Sequence record: PQ593108.1
DNA length: 40,430 nt
Reading direction: 5' to 3' (one strand)
From: Escherichia phage MirsaeidiM_Esher7
Within the stretch, counting starts at the first letter, position 1, and every line of letters begins with the position of its first letter. Shown one piece after another: positions 38,516 to 40,430 of the stretch. The position numbers and the translations under genes are program-made. The notes beneath the pieces are model-generated. The model did no database searches and had not been told where the DNA came from. It was given only the letters and a program-made list of their open reading frames with translations.

Positions 38516-39039
38516 CACTCGCAGTCCTCCTCAGCAGCCTCAGGATCGAACACTACGTTATCGTTGATGTCTTCGACCTGCATGTGAAAACCTTCCTCAT
38601 AGAGTTCTTTTGCACATGCAATAGCCTCGTAAAGTGATACAGCTGCCTCAATTATCTCGCCTGTTCTAGTGTCAACTACCCAATATTCAGCCTTTTCGTC
38701 TTCCTCTTCAGCCTTTTCGTCGCTCTCTTCAGCCTCAAACCAGACTACATCCGAGCTATTAGACACATCGTTATACAGTGCCTCATAGATGCGAGCTTGT
38801 AGTATACGCGTTACGTCCTTGGTCTCAGGCATCAGCCCAGAGTCTTCGAACTCGTGGTCTATACCATCAGCAGCCATCACCGTAAAAATCTCGTGGTAAT
38901 AGTGCGGAACCTGACCGTCTACGACCTCATGCAGCGCATCGCTGTAGTCATCGCCTTCAGCTATTTCGTCGTACTGAATACGCTCATTGAACAGCTTAAC
39001 GGTTTCAGCCAGCAGCTCATAGTATGCGTTACGTTCCAT
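38515..39039 (-). CDS. ocr: Ocr-like anti-restriction DNA-mimic protein (gp0.3) with C-terminal extension
   Basis: N-terminal 118 aa closely match recalled T7 Ocr (VPHYY..IF.VMA..GID.EFEDSGLMP.TKDV.RILQARIYE); an additional 56 acidic residues follow (174 aa total vs about 117 in T7). Confidence 0.85.
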   Translation of the reverse strand: MERNAYYELLAETVKLFNERIQYDEIAEGDDYSDALHEVVDGQVPHYYHEIFTVMAADGIDHEFEDSGLMPETKDVTRILQARIYEALYNDVSNSSDVVWFEAEESDEKAEEEDEKAEYWVVDTRTGEIIEAAVSLYEAIACAKELYEEGFHMQVEDINDNVVFDPEAAEEDCE

Positions 39040-39066
39040 AGTTATATCCTCTCAAAGTTAATATGT

Positions 39067-39120
39067 GTTAGTGACTATCAGTCAGGCCGCTATGAGTCTA
39101 ACGACCTGTAGTTAATCACT
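39067..39120 (-). promoter_or_regulatory. imperfect long hairpin E1, candidate RNase III site upstream of the Ocr-like gene
   Basis: Arms gttagtgactatcagtcagg and cctgtagttaatcact are imperfectly complementary; a second copy lies at 39384-39443. Confidence 0.4.
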
Positions 39121-39121
39121 C

Positions 39122-39376
39122 TCAGTTAGCGAAATAAGGAGCTAAGACGCCCGCTGTAGAACTCACGGTTATCTGTGAGTCTATCAGGTAGGTCTCGTTG
39201 TTTATACGCACAGTATCTACGCTGTAGTTGCTGAACGGCTTGCTTGAGACCTTACGCACTACCACACGGTGACGCGCTCCTGTCATCTCTTTAAGCTGAA
39301 TCCACGCATAACCTTTAGTGTTCACGAATACTTCATTGCGATTAGTGATTGTGCTTAAGTGTTTCATAGTGTCCAT
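39122..39376 (-). CDS. hypothetical first early protein, upstream of the Ocr-like gene
   Basis: 84 aa; ATG with AAAGGA RBS; bracketed by hairpins E1 and E2; T7 has no gene before 0.3. Confidence 0.55.
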   Translation of the reverse strand: MDTMKHLSTITNRNEVFVNTKGYAWIQLKEMTGARHRVVVRKVSSKPFSNYSVDTVRINNETYLIDSQITVSSTAGVLAPYFAN

Positions 39377-39383
39377 CCTTTAA

Positions 39384-39443
39384 GTTAGTGACTATCAGTC
39401 AGGGCCTTCAGATGTAGACTCAAAGGCCCTGTAGTTAGTCGCT
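39384..39443 (-). promoter_or_regulatory. imperfect long hairpin E2, candidate RNase III site (R0.3-like)
   Basis: Shares the 20-mer gttagtgactatcagtcagg with E1; inner stem CAGGGCC/GGCCCTG is perfectly complementary; immediately 5' of the first early gene RBS. Confidence 0.4.
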
Positions 39444-39554
39444 ATCGGCGCACATTAAGAGTTTATCCAGATTGTTAAAGAGCATTCCCTTCAGTCAGAG
39501 GACTTCAGGTAGACCATTTCAGTGTTGGTCATCACCGCGTTGTTTCGATGTGGT

Positions 39555-39590
39555 ACATATTACTTTAAGTCGTTACTGCCTGTCAACTAC
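39555..39590 (-). promoter_or_regulatory. sigma70-type early promoter candidate (T7 A3-like)
   Basis: Minus strand TTGACA, 18-nt spacer, TAATAT, followed by GTACCACAT as I recall downstream of T7 A3. Confidence 0.4.
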
Positions 39591-39695
39591 TTTCTGTCGG
39601 TTGCCTGTTGTTCGTATGTCTTACAGGCTGACTACTTAACCGGACCGGACCGGCGTCTTCACTATCCGGTTGTTGCCGTGTCGTGTTGACGGAAG

Positions 39696-39730
39696 CTATT
39701 AAGCCATAGCCTAGACCTATAGTCAATAGG
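39696..39730 (-). promoter_or_regulatory. sigma70-type early promoter candidate (T7 A1-like)
   Basis: Minus strand TTGACT, 17-nt spacer ATAGGTCTAGGCTATGG, CTTAAT; layout resembles T7 A1. Confidence 0.35.
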
Positions 39731-39837
39731 TAATTTGAAATAATATTGATTAAGCTATCGTCGGCCCCATGGTGTAAGAGGATATAGTCTTTGACTAACA
39801 TGTCTTTGACCTTAAGTCTATAGCTCTGTGTCTAGTA

Positions 39838-39941
39838 ACTGTAGGTCTATGACTGTAGGTGTTGGTGTCTTATGGTTATGAGACTGTAGGTTAGTGAGAC
39901 TGTAGGTGTAGGACTGTAGGTTAGTGAGACTGTAGGTGTAG
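39838..39941. repeat. array of ACTGTAGGT 9-mers including a perfect 30-bp tandem duplication
   Basis: Six copies of actgtaggt between 39838 and 39937; the 30-mer gactgtaggttagtgagactgtaggtgtag occurs twice in tandem (39882-39911, 39912-39941); two further copies near 40228-40251. Confidence 0.6.
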
Positions 39942-40375
39942 GACGTAATGTTATACTATAACACTATACAGATAGAGACTCAAAGAAGACCTATAGCCCC
40001 TACCTATCGTCCTTCCCTAAGCCATAGCCTAGACCTATCGTTGACCTGAAGTCTTGACCATCGGTCCAACCTTATGATAGACTGGCTGTGACTGCAAGGA
40101 GCAGTAACGGGTAGGGCCTTTGGTATGGACTTAAAGAGGGCCTATGGGGAGACTTGAGGTTCTTGAACTGTGAGATGTGGTCTCAAACTTTTGGTCCAAA
40201 ACTCATCGAAGACTGTGGTGACAGCTACTGTAGGTCAAGGACCGTAGGTCAGGCGACACTAGGATAGACCAATAAGTAGGATGACCCTAAGTGAGCTTCT
40301 CTTAAGGTGTTACCTAAAGTCCTTGACTACAGTAGCTAAGGTCAGTAGAGTAGCGTCAGCTATGAACTGACCTTA

Positions 40376-40430
40376 GGTCTTCAATGGGCGTATTCCCACT
40401 CCGTCTTATAGTCCTCTTCAGAGAACGAAC
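40376..40430. repeat. terminal direct repeat copy, identical to 1-55
   Basis: Exact 55-bp match to window start. Confidence 0.8.

Noticed and set aside
39583-39801. 72-aa minus-strand ORF in the far early region
   Set aside because: Coincides with the sigma70-like promoter region upstream of the first early gene, lacks an RBS, and would lie 5' of the transcription start sites.

Overview
The window is a complete T7-like podophage genome (Autographiviridae/Studiervirinae organisation), given as the reverse complement of the conventional T7 map, so essentially every gene is on the minus strand. The first 55 bp are identical to the last 55 bp (1-55 = 40376-40430), consistent with terminal redundancy or an assembly wrap-around; the unique length is about 40.4 kb. 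Gene order, read on the minus strand from high to low coordinate, is: early region with sigma70-like promoters and an Ocr/gp0.3 homolog; RNA polymerase; genes 1.1, 1.2, ligase, 1.7, 2, SSB, endonuclease I, amidase/lysozyme, primase-helicase, DNA polymerase, 5.5, 5.7, exonuclease; then portal, scaffold, capsid, tail tubular A/B, internal virion proteins gp13-16, tailspike, holin, small terminase, Rz/Rz1, large terminase, an HNH endonuclease and gene 19.5. Eleven copies of a phage-RNAP promoter motif (minus-strand consensus about AACTAAACTATCACTATAGGGA) sit at the expected T7 promoter positions, and T-phi-like and TE-like terminators are present. The tailspike (1064 aa) has two sialidase Asp-boxes and, from memory, matches the K1F endosialidase (endoNF) residue numbering including the Ser911 maturation site, so this is most likely coliphage K1F or a close relative infecting K1-capsulated E. 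coli. I did not find an obviously new multi-gene system. The points most worth a second look are an in-frame amber codon in gene 1.2, an Ocr with a 56-aa C-terminal extension, an extra early gene bracketed by duplicated hairpins, non-T7 genes in the gp5.9 slot and between genes 3 and 3.5, two HNH-type nucleases, a phage promoter just upstream of the RNAP gene, and structure-conserved hairpins at the T7 RNase III-site positions. All calls are from reading the sequence and recalled T7-family protein sequences; no database search was run.
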